Shown here: piece after piece, positions 35,901 through 50,900 of the stretch
Position numbering within the stretch: the first letter of the stretch is position 1
Layout of the letters: every line of letters starts with the position of its first letter
Source: Eledone cirrhosa
Taxonomy: Eukaryota
Direction of reading: 5' to 3'
Assembly: GCA_964016885.1 (NCBI GenBank)
Contig: OZ024759.1
Span: 3,224,001-3,288,000, forward strand
Length of the DNA: 64,000 nucleotides
Made by a program: the position numbers and the translations under genes
The notes under the pieces: generated by a model
Told to the model about the DNA's origin: nothing
The model's input: the letters and a program-made list of their open reading frames with translations, nothing else
The model's database searches: none

Positions 35901-38900
35901 TTACAGTGTGGACTGGGAGATTTTTACCGTGTTGCCTACACGGCCACATTACAGCGTGGACTGTCTTGCGGGTTTTCTACGGCTGGATGCCCTTCCTAAC
36001 ACCAACCACATTTACGGTGTGGGGCTGGGAGGATTTTACTGTGTTGCCTACACAGCCACATTACAGCGTGGACTGTCTGGCGGGTTTTCTACAGCTGGAT
36101 GCCCTTCCTAACACCAACCACATTTACAGTGTGGACTGGGAGATTTTTACCGTGTTGCCTACACGGCCACATTACAGCGTGGACTGTCTGGCGGGTTTTC
36201 TACGGCTGGATGCCCTTCCTAACACCAACCACATTTACAGTGTGGACTGGGAGATTTTTACCGTGTTGCCTACACGGCCACATTACAGCGTGGACTGTCT
36301 GGCGGGTTTTCTACAGCTGGATGCCCTTCCTAACACCAACCACATTTACATTGTGGACTGGGAGGTTTTTACCGTGTTGCCTACACGGCCACATTACAGC
36401 GTGGACTGTCTGGCGGGTTTTCTACGGCTGGATGCCCTTCCTAACACCAACCACGTTTACAGTGTGGACTGGGAGGTTTTTACCGTGTTGCCTACACGGC
36501 CACATTACAGCGTGGACTGTCTGGCGGGTTTTCTACGGCTGGATGCCCTTCCTAACACCAACCACATTTACAGTGTGGGCTGGGAGGTTTTTACCGTGTT
36601 GCCTACACGGCCACATTACAGCGTGGACTGTCTGGCGGGTTTTCTACGGCTGGATGCCCTTCCTAACACCAACCACATTTACAGTGTGGTGCTGGGAGGT
36701 TTTTACTGTGTTGCCTCCACAGCCACATTACAGCGTGGACTGTCTGGCGGGTTTTCTACAGCTGGATGCCCTTCCTAACACCAACTACGTTTACAGTGTG
36801 GAACTGGGAGGTTTTTACCGTGTTGCCTACACGGCCACATTACAGCGTGGACTGTCTGGCGGGTTTTCTACGGCTGGATGCCCTTCCTAACACCAACCAC
36901 ATTTACAGTGTGGTGCTGGGAGGTTTTTACTGTGTTGCCTCCACAGCCACATTACAGCGTGGACTGTCTGGCGGGTTTTCTACAGCTGGATGCCCTTCCT
37001 AACACCAACTACGTTTACAGTGTGGAACTGGGAGGTTTTTACCGTGTTGCCTACACGGCCACATTACAGCGTGGACTGTCTGGCGGGTTTTCTACGGCTG
37101 GATGCCCTTCCTAACACCAACCACATTTACAGTGTGGGCTGGGAGGTTTTTACCGTGTTGCCTACACGGCCACATTACAGCGTGGACTGTCTGGCGGGTT
37201 TTCTACAGCTGGATGCCCGTCCTAACACCAACTACGCTTACAGTGAGGAACTGGGAGGTTATTACCGTGTTGCCTACACGACCACATTACAGCGTGGACT
37301 GTCTGGCGGGTTTTCTACAGCTGGATGCCCTTCCTAACACCAACCACATTTACAGTGTGGACTGGGAGATTTTTACCGTGTTGCCTACACGGCCACATTA
37401 CAGCGTGGACTGTCTGGCGGGTTTTCTACGGCTGGATGCCCTTCCTAACACCAACCACATTTACAGTGTGGACTGGGAGGTTTTTACCGTGTTGCCTACA
37501 CGGCCACATTACAGCGTGGACTGTCTGGCGGGTTTTCTACGGCTGGATGCCCTTCCTAACACCAACCACATTTACAGTGTGGACTGGGAGGTTTTTACCG
37601 TGTTGCCTACACGGCCACATTACAGCGTGGACTGTCTGGCGGGTTTTCTACGGCTGGATGCCCTTCCTAACACCAACCACATTTAGTGTGGGGTTGCGAG
37701 GTTTTTACTGTGTTGCTTACACGGCCACATTATAGCGTGGACTGTCTGGCGGGTTTTCTACGGCTGGATGCCCTTCCTAACACCAACCACATTTACAGTG
37801 TGGACTGGGAGGTTTTTACCGTGTTGCCTACACGGCCACATTACAGCGTGGACTGTCTGGCGGGTTATCTACGGCTGGATGCCCTTCCTAACACCAACCA
37901 CATTTACAGTGTGGACTGGGAGGTTTTTACCGTGTTGCCTACACGGCCACATTACAGCGTGGACTGTCTGGCGGGTTTTCTACGGCTGGATGCCCTTCCT
38001 AACACCAACCACATTTACATTGTGGACTGGGAGATTTTTACCGTGTTGCCTACACGGCCACATTACAGCGTGGACTGACTGGCGGGTTTTCTACAGCTGG
38101 ATGCTCTTCCTAACACCAACCACATTTACAGTGTGGACTGGGAGATTTTTACCGTGTTGCCTACACGGCCACATTACAGCGTGGACTGTCTGGCGGGTTT
38201 TCTACGGCTGGATGCCCTTCCTAACACCAACCACATTTACAGTGTGGGGCTGGGAGGTTTTTACTGTGTTGCCTACACAGCCACATTACAGCGTGGACTG
38301 TCTGGCGGGTTTTCTACAGCTGGATGCCCTTCCTAACACCAACTACGTTTACAGTGTGGAACTGGGAGGTTTTTACCGTGTTTCCTACACGGCCACATTA
38401 CAGCGTGGACTGTCTGGCGGGTTTTCTACGGCTGGATGCCCTTCCTAACACCAACCACATTTACAGTGTGGGCTGGGAGGTTTTTACCGTGTTGCCTACA
38501 CGGCCACATTACAGTGTGGACTGTCTGGCGGGTTTTCTACAGCTGGATGCCCTTCCTAACACCAACTACGCTTACAGTGTGGAACTGGGAGGTTTTTACC
38601 GTGTTGCCTACACGGCCACATTACAGCGTGGACTGTCTGGCGGGTTTTCTACAGCTGGATGCCCTTCCTAACACCAACCACATTTACAGTGTGGACTGGG
38701 AGTTTTTACCGTGTTGCCTACACGGCCACATTACAGCGTGGACTGTCTGGCGGGTTTTCTACGGCTGGATGCCCTTCCTAACACCAACCACATTTACAGT
38801 GTGGACTGGGAGGTCTTTACCGTGTTCCCTACACGGCCACATTACAGCGTGGACTGTCTGGCGGGTTTTCTACGGCTGGATGCCCTTCCTAACACCAACC

Positions 38901-41900
38901 ACATTTACAGTGTGGACTGGGAGGTTTTTACCGTGTTGCCTACAAGGCCACATTACAGCGTGGACTGTCTGGCGGGTTTTCTACGGCTGGATGCCCTTCC
39001 TAACACCAACCACATTTACATTGTGGACTGGGAGATTTTTACCGTGTTGCCTACACGGCCACATTACAGCGTGGACTGTCTGGCGGGTTTTCTACAGCTG
39101 GATGCCCTTCCTAACACCAACCACATTTAGTGTGGGGTTGCGAGGTATTTGCTGTGTTGCTTACACGGCCACATTACAGCGTGGACTGTCTGGCGGGTTT
39201 TCTACAGCTGGATGCCCTTCCTAACACCAACCACATTTACAGTGTGGACTGGGAGATTTTTACCGTGTTGCCTACACGGCCACATTACAGCGTGGACTGT
39301 CTGGCGGGTTTTCTACGGCTGGATGCCCTTCCTAACACCAACCACATTTACAGTGTGGACTGGGAGATTTTTACCGTGTTGCCTACACGGCCACATTACA
39401 GCGTGGACTGACTGGCGGGTTTTCTACAGCTGGATGCTCTTCCTAACACCAACCACATTTACAGTGTGGACTGGGAGATTTTTACCGTGTTGCCTACACG
39501 GCCACATTACAGCGTGGACTGTCTGGCGGGTTTTCTACAGCTGGATGCCCTTCCTAACACCAACCACATTTACAGTGTGGACTGGGAGATTTTTACCGTG
39601 TTGCCTACACGGCCACATTACAGCGTGGACTGTCTGGCGGGTTTTCTACGGCTGGATGCCCTTCCTAACACCAACCACGTTTACAGTGTGGACTGGGAGG
39701 TTTTTACCGTGTTGCCTACACGGCCACATTACAGCGTGGACTGTCTGGCGGGTTTTCTACGGCTGGATGCCCTTCCTAACACCAACCACATTTACATTGT
39801 GGACTGGGAGATTTTTACCGTGTTGCCTACACGGCCACATTACAGCGTGGACTGTCTGGCGGGTTATCTACGGCTGGATGCCCTTCCTAACACCAACCAC
39901 ATTTACAGTGTGGACTGGGAGGTTTTTACCGTGTTGCCTACACGGCCACATTACAGCGTGGACTGTCTGGCGGGTTTTCTACGGCTGGATGCCCTTCCTA
40001 ACACCAACCACATTTAGTGTGGGGTTGCGAGGTTTTTACTGTGTTGCTTACACGGCCACATTATAGCGTGGACTGTCTGGCGGGTTTTCTACGGCTGGAT
40101 GCCCTTCCTAACACCAACCACATTTACAGTGTGGACTGGGAGATTTTTACCGTGTTGCCTACACGGCCACATTACAGCGTGGACTGTCTGGCGGGTTATC
40201 TACGGCTGGATGCCCTTCCTAGCACCAACCACATTTACAGTGTGGACTGGGAGGTTCTTACCGTGTTGCCTACACGGCCACATTACAGCGTGGACTGTCT
40301 GGCGGGTTTTCTACGGTTGGATGCACTTCCTAACACCAACCACATTTACATTGTGGACTGGGAGATTTTTACCGTGTTGCCTACACGGCCACATTACAGC
40401 GTGGACTGACTGGCGGGTTTTCTACAGCTGGATGCTCTTCCTAACACCAACCACATTTACAGTGTGGACTGGGAGATTTTTACCGTGTTGCCTACACGGC
40501 CACATTACAGCGTGGACTGTCTGGCGGGTTTTCTACGGCTGGATGCCCTTCCTAACACCAACCACATTTACAGTGTGGTGCTGGGAGGTTTTTACTGTGT
40601 TGCCTCCACAGCCACATTACAGCGTGGACTGTCTGGCGGGTTTTCTACAGCTGGATGCCCTTCCTAACACCAACTACGTTTACAGTGTGGAACTGGGAGG
40701 TTTTTACCGTGTTGCCTACACGGCCACATTACAGCGTGGACTGTCTGGCGGGTTTTCTACGGCTGGATGCCCTTCCTAACACCAACCACATTTACATTGT
40801 GGGCTGGGAGGTTTTTACCGTGTTGCCTACACGGCCACATTACAGTGTGGACTGTCTGGCGGGTTTTCTACAGCTGGATGCCCGTCCTAACACCAACTAC
40901 GCTTACAGTGAGGAACTGGGAGGTTTTTACCGTGTTGCCTACACGACCACATTACAGCGTGGACTGTCTGGCGGGTTTTCTACAGCTGGATGCCCTTCCT
41001 AACACCAACCACATTTACAGTGTGGACTGGGAGATTTTTACCGTGTTGCCTACACGGCCACATTACAGCGTGGACTGTCTGGCGGGTTTTCTACGGCTGG
41101 ATGCCCTTCCTAACACCAACCACATTTACAGTGTGGACTGGGAGGTTTTTACCGTGTTGCCTACACGGCCACATTACAGCGTGGACTGTCTGGCGGGTTT
41201 TCTACGGCTGGATGCCCTTCCTAACACCAACCACATTTACAGTGTGGACTGGGAGGTTTTTACCGTGTTGCCTACACGGCCACATTACAGCGTGGACTGT
41301 CTGGCGGGTTTTCTACGGCTGGATGCCCTTCCTAACACCAACCACATTTAGTGTGGGGTTGCGAGGTTTTTACTGTGTTGCTTACACGGCCACATTATAG
41401 CGTGGACTGTCTGGCGGGTTTTCTACGGCTGGATGCCCTTCCTAACACCAACCACATTTACAGTGTGGACTGGGAGGTTTTTACCGTGTTGCCTACACGG
41501 CCACATTACAGCGTGGACTGTCTGGCGGGTTATCTACGGCTGGATGCCCTTCCTAACACCAACCACATTTACAGTGTGGACTGGGAGGTTTTTACCGTGT
41601 TGCCTACACGGCCACATTACAGCGTGGACTGTCTGGCGGGTTTTCTACGGCTGGATGCCCTTCCTAACACCAACCACATTTACATTGTGGACTGGGAGAT
41701 TTTTACCGTGTTGCCTACACGGCCACATTACAGCCTGGACTGACTGGCGGGTTTTCTACAGCTGGATGCTCTTCCTAACACCAACCACATTTACAGTGTG
41801 GACTGGGAGATTTTTACCGTGTTGCCTACACGGCCACATTACAGCGTCGACTGTCTGGCGGGTTTTCTACGGCTGGATGCCCTTCCTAACACCAACCACA

Positions 41901-44900
41901 TTTACAGAGTGGGGCTGGGAGGTTTTTACTGTGTTGCCTACACAGCCACATTACAGCGTGGACTGTCTGGCGGGTTTTCTACAGCTGGATGCCCTTCCTA
42001 ACACCAACTACGTTTACAGTGTGGAACTGGGAGGTTTTTACCGTGTTGCCTACACGGCCACATTACAGCGTGGACTGTCTGGCGGGTTTTCTACGGCTGG
42101 ATGCCCTTCCTAACACCAACCACATTTACAGTGTGGGCTGGGAGGTTTTTACCGTGTTGCCTACACGGCCACATTACAGTGTGGACTGTCTGGCGGGTTT
42201 TCTACAGCTGGATGCCCTTCCTAACACCAACTACGCTTACAGTGTGGAACTGGGAGGTTTTTACCGTGTTGCCTACACGGCCACATTACAGCGTGGACTG
42301 TCTGGCGGGTTTTCTACAGCTGGATGCCCTTCCTAACACCAACCACATTTACAGTGTGGACTGGGAGTTTTTACCGTGTTGCCTACACGGCCACATTAGA
42401 GCGTGGACTGTCTGGCGGGTTTTCTACGGCTGGATGCCCTTCCTAACACCAACCACATTTACAGTGTGGACTGGGAGGTTTTTACCGTGTTCCCTACACG
42501 GCCACATTACAGCGTGGACTGTCTGGCGGGTTTTCTACGGCTGGATGCCCTTCCTAACACCAACCACATTTACAGTGTGGACTGGGAGGTTTTTACCGTG
42601 TTGCCTACAAGGCCACATTACAGCGTGGACTGTCTGGCGGGTTTTCTACGGCTGGATGCCCTTCCTAACACCAACCACATTTACATTGTGGACTGGGAGA
42701 TTTTTACCGTGTTGCCTACACGGCCACATTACAGCGTGGACTGTCTGGCGGGTTTTCTACAGCTGGATGCCCTTCCTAACACCAACCACATTTAGTGTGG
42801 GGTTGCGAGGTTTTTGCTGTGTTGCTTACACGGCCACATTATAGCGTGGACTGTCTGGCGGGTTTTCTACGGCTGGATGCCCTTCCTAACACCAACCACA
42901 TTTACAGTGTGGACTGGGAGGTTTTTACCGTGTTGCCTACACGGCCACATTACAGCGTGGACTGTCTGGCGGGTTATCTACGGCTGGATGCCCTTCCTAA
43001 CACCAACCACATTTACAGTGTGGACTGGGAGGTTTTTACCGTGTGGCCTACACGGCCACATTACAGCGTGGACTGTCTGGCGGGTTTTCTACGGCTGGAT
43101 GCCCTTCCTAACACCAACCACATTTACAGTGTGGACTGGGAGATTTTTACCGTGTTGCCTACACGGCCACATTACAGCGTGGACTGACTGGCGGGTTTTC
43201 TACAGCTGGATGCCCTTCCTAACACCAACCACATTTACAGTGTGGACTGGGAGATTTTTACCGTGTTGCCTACACGGCCACATTACAGCGTGGACTGTCT
43301 GGCGGGTTTTCTACGGCTGGATGTCCTTCCTAACACCAACCACATTTACAGTGTGGGGCTGGGAGGTTTTTACTGTGTTGCCTACACAGCCACATTACAG
43401 CGTGGACTGTCTGGCGGGTTTTCTACAGCTGGATGCCCTTCCTAACACCAACTACGTTTACAGTGTGGAACTGGGAGGTTTTTACCGTGTTGCCTACACG
43501 GCCACATTACAGCGTGGACTGTCTGGCGGGTTTTCTACGGCTGGATGCCCTTCCTAACACCAACCACATTTACAGTGTGGACTGGGAGGTTTTTACCGTG
43601 TTGCCTACACGCCCACATTACAGCGTGGACTGTCTGGCGGGTTTTCTACGGCTGGATGCCCTTCCTAACACCAACCACATTTACAGTGTGGACTGGGAGG
43701 TTTTTACCGTGTTGCCTACACGCCCACATTACAGCGTGGACTGTCTGGCGGGTTTTCTACGGCTGGATGCCCTTCTTAACACCAACCACATTTACAGTGT
43801 GGACTGGGAGGTTTTAACCGTGTTGCCTACAAGGCCACATTACAGCGTGGACTGTCTGGCGGGTTTTCTACGGCTGGATGCCCTGCCTAACACCAACCAC
43901 ATTTACATTGTGGACTGGGAGATTTTTACCGTGTTGCCTACACGGCCACATTACAGCGTGGACTGTCTGGCGGGTTTTCTACAGCTGGATGCCCTTCCTA
44001 ACACCAACTACGTTTACAGTGTGGAACTGGGAGGTTTTTCCCGTGTTGCGTACACGGCCACATTACAGCGTGGACTGTCTGGCGGGTTTTCTACAGCTGG
44101 ATGCCCTTCCTAACACCAACCACATTTACAGTGTGGACTGGGAGGTTTTTACCGTGTTGCCTACACGGCCACATTACAGCGTGGACTGTCTGGCGGGTTA
44201 TCTACGGCTGGATGCCCTTCCTAACACCAACCACATTTACAGTGTGGAACTGGGAGGTTTTTACCGTGTTGCCTACACGGCCACATTACAGCGTGGACTG
44301 TCTGGCGGGTTTTCTACAGCTGGATGCCCTTCCTAACACCAACTACGTTTACAGTGTGGAACTGGGAGGTTTTTACCGTGTTGCCTACACGGCCACATTA
44401 CAGCGTGGACTGTCTGGCGGGTTTTCTACGGCTGGATGCCCTTCCTAACACCAACCACATTTACAGTGTGGGCTGGGAGGTTTTTACCGTGTTGCCTACA
44501 CGGCCACATTACAGTGTGGACTGTCTGGCGGGTTTTCTACAGCTGGATGCCCGTCCTAACACCAACTACGCTTACAGTGAGGAACTGGGAGGTTTTTACC
44601 GTGTTGCCTACACGACCACATTACAGCGTGGACTGTCTGGCGGGTTTTCTACAGCTGGATGCCCTTCCTAACACCAACCACATTTACAGTGTGGACTGGG
44701 AGATTTTTACCGTGTTGCCTACACGGCCACATTACAGCGTGGACTGTCTGGCGGGTTTTCTACGGCTGGATGCACTTCCTAACACCAACCACATTTACAG
44801 TGTGGACTGGGAGATTTTTACCGTGTTGCCTACACGGCCACATTACAGCGTGGACTGTCTGGCGGGTTTTCTACGGCTGGATGCCCTTCCTAACACCAAC

Positions 44901-47900
44901 CACATTTACAGTGTGGACTGGGAGGTTTTTACCGTGTTGCCTACACGGCCACATTACAGCGTGGACTGTCTGGCGGGTTTTCTACGGCTGGATGCCCTTC
45001 CTAACACCAACCACATTTAGTGTGGGGTTGCGAGGTTTTTACTGTGTTGCTTACACGGCCACATTATAGCGTGGACTGTCTGGCGGGTTTTCTACGGCTG
45101 GATGCCCTTCCTAACACCAACCACATTTCCAGTGTGGACTGGGAGGTTTTTACCGTGTTGCCTACACGGCCACATTACAGCGTGGACTGTCTGGCGGGTT
45201 ATCTACGGCTGGATGCCCTTCCTAACACCAACCACATTTACAGTGTGGACTGGGAGGTTTTTACCGTGTTGCCTACACGGCCACATTACAGCGTGGACTG
45301 TCTGGCGGGTTTTCTACGGCTGGATGCCATTCCTAACACCAACCACATTTACATTGTGGACTGGGAGATTTTTACCGTGTTGCCTACACGGCCACATTAC
45401 AGCGTGGACTGACTGGCGGGTTTTCTACAGCTGGATGCTCTTCCTAACACCAACCACATTTACAGTGTGGACTGGGAGATTTTTACCGTGTTGCCTACAC
45501 GGCCACATTACAGCGTGGACTGTCTGGCGGGTTTTCTACGGCTGGATGCCCTTCCTAACACCAACCACATTTACAGTGTGGGGCTGGGAGGTTTTTACTG
45601 TGTTGCCTACACAGCCACATTACAGCGTGGACTATCTGGCGGGTTTTCTACAGCTGGATGCCCTTCCTAACACCAACTACGTTTACAGTGTGGAACTGGG
45701 AGGTTTTTACCGTGTTGCCTACACGGCCACATTACAGCGTGGACTGTCTGGCGGGTTTTCTACGGCTGGATGCCCTTCCTAACACCAACCACATTTACAG
45801 TGTGGGCTGGGAGGTTTTTACCGTGTTGCCTACACGGCCACATTACAGTGTGGACTGTCTGGCGGGTTTTCTACAGCTGGATGCCCTTCCTAACACCAAC
45901 TACGCTTACAGTGTGGAACTGGGAGGTTTTTACCGTGTTGCCTACACGGCCACATTACAGCGTGGACTGTCTGGCGGGTTTTCTACAGCTGGATGCCCTT
46001 CCTAACACCAACCACATTTACAGTGTGGACTGGGAGGTTTTTACCGTGTTGCCTACACGGCCACATTACAGCGTGGACTGTCTGGCGGGTTATCTACGGC
46101 TGGATGCCCTTCCTAACACCAACCACATTTACAGTGTGGACTGGGAGGTTTTTACCGTGTTGCCTACACGGCCACATTACAGCGTGGACTGTCTGGCGGG
46201 TTTTCTACGGCTGGATGCCCTTCCTAACACCAACCACATTTACATTGTGGACTGGGAGATTTTTACCGTGTTGCCTACACGGCCACATTACAGCGTGGAC
46301 TGACTGGCGGGTTTTCTACAGCTGGATGCTCTTCCTAACACCAACCACATTTACAGTGTGGACTGGGAGATTTTTACCGTGTTGCCTACACGGCCACATT
46401 ACAGCGTGGACTGTCTGGCGGGTTTTCTACGGCTGGATGCCCTTCCTAACACCAACCACATTTACAGTGTGGGGCTGGGAGGTTTTTACTGTGTTGCCTA
46501 CACAGCCACATTACAGCGTGGACTATCTGGCGGGTTTTCTACAGCTGGATGCCCTTCCTAACACCAACTACGTTTACAGTGTGGAACTGGGAGGTTTTTA
46601 CCGTGTTGCCTACACGGCCACATTACAGCGTGGACTGTCTGGCGGGTTTTCTACGGCTGGATGCCCTTCCTAACACCAACCACATTTACAGTGTGGGCTG
46701 GGAGGTTTTTACCGTGTTGCCTACACGGCCACATTACAGTGTGGACTGTCTGGCGGGTTTTCTACAGCTGGATGCCCTTCCTAACACCAACTACGCTTAC
46801 AGTGTGGAACTGGGAGGTTTTTACCGTGTTGCCTACACGGCCACATTACAGCGTGGACTGTCTGGCGGGTTTTCTACGGCTGGATGCCCTTCCTAACACC
46901 AACCACATTTACAGTGTGGACTGGGAGGTTTTTACCGTGTTCCCTACACGGCCACATTACAGCGTGGACTGTCTGGCGGGTTTTCTACAGCTGGATGCCC
47001 TTCCTAACACCAACTACGTTTACAGTGTGGAACTGGGAGGTTTTTCCCGTGTTGCCTACACGGCCACATTGCAGCGTGGACTGTCTGGCGGGTTTTCTAC
47101 AGCTGGATGCCCTTCCTAACACCAACCACATTTACAGTGTGGACTGGGAGGTTTTTACCGTGTTGCCTACACGGCCATTTTACAGCGTGGACTGTTTGGC
47201 GGGTTATCTACGGCTGGATGCCCTTCCTAACACCAACCACATTTACAGTGTGGAACTGGGAGGTTTTTACCGTGTTGCCTACACGGCCACATTACAGCGT
47301 GGACTGTCTGGCGGGTTTTCTACGGCTGGATGCTATTCCTAACACCAACCACATTTACATTTTGGACTGGGAGATTTTTACCATGTTGCCTACACGGCCA
47401 CATTACAGCGTGGACTGACTGGCGGGTTTTCTACAGCTGGATGCTCTTCCTAACACCAACCACATTTACAGTGTGGACTGGGAGATTTTTACCGTGTTGC
47501 CTACACGGCCACATTACAGCGTGGACTGTCTGGCGGGTTTTCTACGGCTGGATGCCCTTCCTAACACCAACCACATTTAGTGTGGGGTAGCGAGGTTTTT
47601 ACTGTGTTGCCTACACGGCCACATTACAGCGTGAACTGTCTGGCGGGTTTTCTACGGCTGGATGCCCTTCCTAACACCAACCACATTTACATTGTGGACT
47701 GGGAGATTTTTACCGTGTTGCCTACACGGCCACATTACAGCGTGGACTGACTGGCGGGTTTTCTACAGCTGGATGCTCTTCCTAACACCAACCACATTTA
47801 CAGTGTGGACTGGGAGATTTTTACCGTGTTGCCTACACGCCCACATTACAGCGTGGACTGTCTGGCGGGTTTTCTACGGCTGGATGCCCTTCCTAACACC

Positions 47901-50900
47901 AACCACATTTACAGTGTGGGCTGGGAGGTTTTTACCGTGTTGCCTACACGGCCACATTACAGTGTGGACTGTCTGGCGGGTTTTCTACAGCTGGATGCCC
48001 TTCCTAACACCAACTACGCTTACAGTGTGGAACTGGGAGGTTTTTACCGTGTTGCCTACACGGCCACATTACAGCGTGGACTTTCTGGCGGGTTTTCTAC
48101 AGCTGGATGCCCTTCCTAACACCAACCACATTTACATTGTGGACTGGGAGATTTTTACCGTGTTGCCTACACGGCCACATTACAGCGTGGACTGTCTGGC
48201 GGGTTTTCTACAGCTGGATGCCCTTCCTAACACCAACCACATTTACAGTGTGGACTGGGAGATTTTTACCGTGTTGCCTACACGGCCACATTACAGAGTG
48301 GACTGTCTGGCGGGTTTTCTACGGCTGGATGCCCTTCCTAACACCAACCACATTTACAGTGTGGACTGGGAGGTTTTTACCGGGTTGCCTACACGACCAC
48401 ATTACAGCGTGGACTGTCTGGCGGGTTATCTACGGCTGGATGCCCTTCCTAACACCAAACACATTTACAGTGTGGACTGGGAGGTTTTTACCGTGTTGCC
48501 TACACGGCCACATTACAGCGTGGACTGTCTGGCGGGTTTTCTACAGCTGGATGCCCTTCCTAACACCAACTACGCTTACAGTGTGGAACTGGGAGGTTTT
48601 TACCGTGTTGCCTACACGGCCACATTACAGCGTGGACTGTCTGGCGGGTTTTCTACAGCTGGATGCCCTTCCTAACACCAACCACATTTACAGTGTGGAC
48701 TGGGAGATTTTTACCGTGTTGCCTACACGGCCACATTACAGCGTGGACTGTCTGGCGGGTTTTCTACGGCTGGATGCCCTTCCTAACACCAACCACATTT
48801 ACAGTGTGGACTGGGAGGTTTTTACCGTGTTGCCTACACGGCCACATTACAGCGTGGACTGTCTGGCGTGTTTTCTACGGCTGGATGCCCTTCCTAACAC
48901 CAACCACATTTACAGTGTGGACTGGGAGGTTTTTACCGGGTTGCCTACACGGCCACATTACAGCGTGGACTGTCTGGCGGGTTTTCTACGGCTGGATGCC
49001 CTTCCTAACACCAACCACATTTAGTGTGGGGTTGCGAGGTTTTTACTGTGTTGCTTACACGGCCACATTATAGCGTGGACTGTCTGGCGGGTTTTCTACG
49101 GCTGGATGCCCTTCCTAACACCAACCACATTTACATTGTGGACTGGGAGATTTTTACCGTGTTGCCTACACGGCCACATTACAGCGTGGACTGACTGGCG
49201 GGTTTTCTACAGCTGGATGCTCTTCCTAACACCAACCACATTTACAGTGTGGACTGGGAGATTTTTACCGTGTTGCCTACACGGCCACATTACAGCGTGC
49301 ACTGTCTGGCAGGTTTTCTACGGCTGGATGCCATTCCTAACACCAACCACATTTACAGTGTGGAACTGGGAGGTTTTTACCGTGTTGCCTACACGGCCAC
49401 ATTACAGCGTGGACTGTCTGGCGGGTTTTCTACGGCTGGATGCCCTTCCTAACACCAACCACATTTACAGTGTGGGCTGGGAGGTTTTTACCGTGTTGCC
49501 TACACGGCCACATTACAGTGTGGACTGTCTGGCGGGTTTTCTACAGCTGGATGCCCTTCCTAACACCAACTACGCTTACAGTGTGGAACTGGGAGGTTTT
49601 TACCGTGTTGCCTACATGGCCACATTACAGCGTGGACTGTCTGGCGGGTTTTCTACAGCTGGATGCCCTTCCTAACACCAACCACATTTACAGTGTGGAC
49701 TGGGAGGTTTTTACCGTGTTGCCTACACGGCCACATTACAGCGTGGACTGTCTGGCGTGTTTTCTACGGCTGGATGCCCTTCCTAACACCAATCACATTT
49801 ACAGTGTGGACTGGGAGGTTTTTACCGTGTTGCCTACACGGCCACATTACAGCGTGGACTGTCTGGTGGGTTTTCTACGGGTGGATGCCCTTCCTAACAC
49901 CAACCACATTTACAGTGTGGACTGGGAGGTTTTTACCGTGTTGCCTACAAGGCCACATTACAGCGTGGACTGTCTGGCGGGTTTTCTACGGCTGGATGCC
50001 CTTCCTAACACCAACCACATTTACATTGTGGACAGGGAGATTTTTACCGTGTTGCCTACACGGCCACATTACAGCGTGGACTGTCTGGCGGGTTTTCTAC
50101 AGCTGGATGCCCTTCCTAACACCAACCACATTTACAGTGTGGACTGGGAGATTTTTACCGTGTTGCCTACACGGCCACATTACAGCGTGGACTGTCTGGC
50201 GGGTTTTCTACGGCTGGATGCCCTTCCTAACACCAACCACATTTACAGTGTGGACTGGGAGGTTTTTACCGGGTTGCCTACACGGCCACATTACAGCGTG
50301 GACCTTCTGGCGGGTTATCTACGGCTGGATGCCCTTCCTAACACCAACCACATTTACAGTGTGGACTGGGAGGTTTTTACCGTGTTGCCTACACGGCCAC
50401 ATTACAGCGTGGACTGTCTGGCGGGTTTTCTACAGCTGGATGCCCTTCCTAACACCAACTACGTTTACAGTGTGGAACTGGGAGGTTTTTCCCGTGTTGC
50501 CTAAACGGCCACATTACAGCGTGGACTGTCTGGCGGGTTTTCTACGGCTGGATGCCCTTCCTAACACCAACCACATTTACAGTGTGGACTGGGAGGTTTT
50601 AACCGTGTTGCCTACACGGCCACATTACAGCGTGGACTGTCTGGCGGGTTATCTACGGCTGGATGCCCTTCCTAACCCCAACCACATTTACAGTGTGGAA
50701 CTGGGAGGTTTTTACCGTGTTGCCTACACGGCCACATTACAGCGTGGACTGTCTGGCGGGTTTTCTACGGCTGCATGCTATTCCTAACACCAACCACATT
50801 TACATTTTGGACTGGGAGATTTTTATCGTGTTGCCTACACGGCCACATTACAGCGTGGACTGACTGGCGGGTTTTCTACAGCTGGATGCTCTTCCTAACA

